Position numbers and translations under genes: made by a program. DNA of 64,000 nt from Alphaproteobacteria bacterium (GTDB taxonomy: Bacteria > Pseudomonadota > Alphaproteobacteria > JAAXGF01), in NCBI GenBank assembly GCA_963555825.3, contig CAUVXB020000002.1, forward strand, positions 2,624,001 to 2,688,000. The letters are read 5' to 3'. Position 1 is the first letter of the stretch, and every line of letters begins with the position of its first letter. Under the pieces are notes generated by a model. It worked only from the letters and a program-made list of their open reading frames with translations. It was not told the origin of the DNA and made no database searches. This document shows positions 63,887-64,000 of this stretch, piece after piece.

Positions 63887-64000
63887 TAGCCTGTGCCGGT
63901 TGCCCTTGCGGGCCATCATTCCTGAAGTTCGTCGCTCAGACGGGCGCGGTCATCGCGGCGAGGGCCGGCCGGCGGGACGCGTCATCGAGCCACGGCCGGG

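Overview
GC-rich alphaproteobacterial chromosome segment (taxon inferred from gene order and sequences). A housekeeping block at about 23.9-48.5 kb (ftsY-mtaB-dapF, ffh-rpsP-rimM-trmD-rplS-leuC-leuD-leuB-asd, pdxY) lies between two accessory regions full of IS elements. I can delimit 12 full-length IS elements totalling about 17.8 kb: 2 IS256, 1 IS21, 2 IS1182, 5 IS630, 1 ISKra4 and 1 IS3. There are also several MITE-like elements and interrupted genes. The left end carries a TPAT-type TRAP transporter, coxM/coxS-like genes, a DUF1127 gene and gshA. The most notable signal is a family of 24-25-nt GTC...GAC hairpins arranged in composites with fixed 22/36/22-nt spacing. They sit directly downstream of unrelated accessory genes, giving a gene-repeat-gene-repeat cassette-like array, and their loops are the insertion sites of both IS1182 copies and a MITE. 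Other points of interest are a tandem degenerate bacterioferritin, a TPR gene flanked by a duplicated leuD 3' end, nested palindromic elements between mtaB and ftsY, an S16 with an acidic repeat tail of about 215 aa, an adenylate cyclase gene split by four IS630 elements, and an orphan tRNA-Leu 3' fragment. All calls are by eye; no database searches were run.
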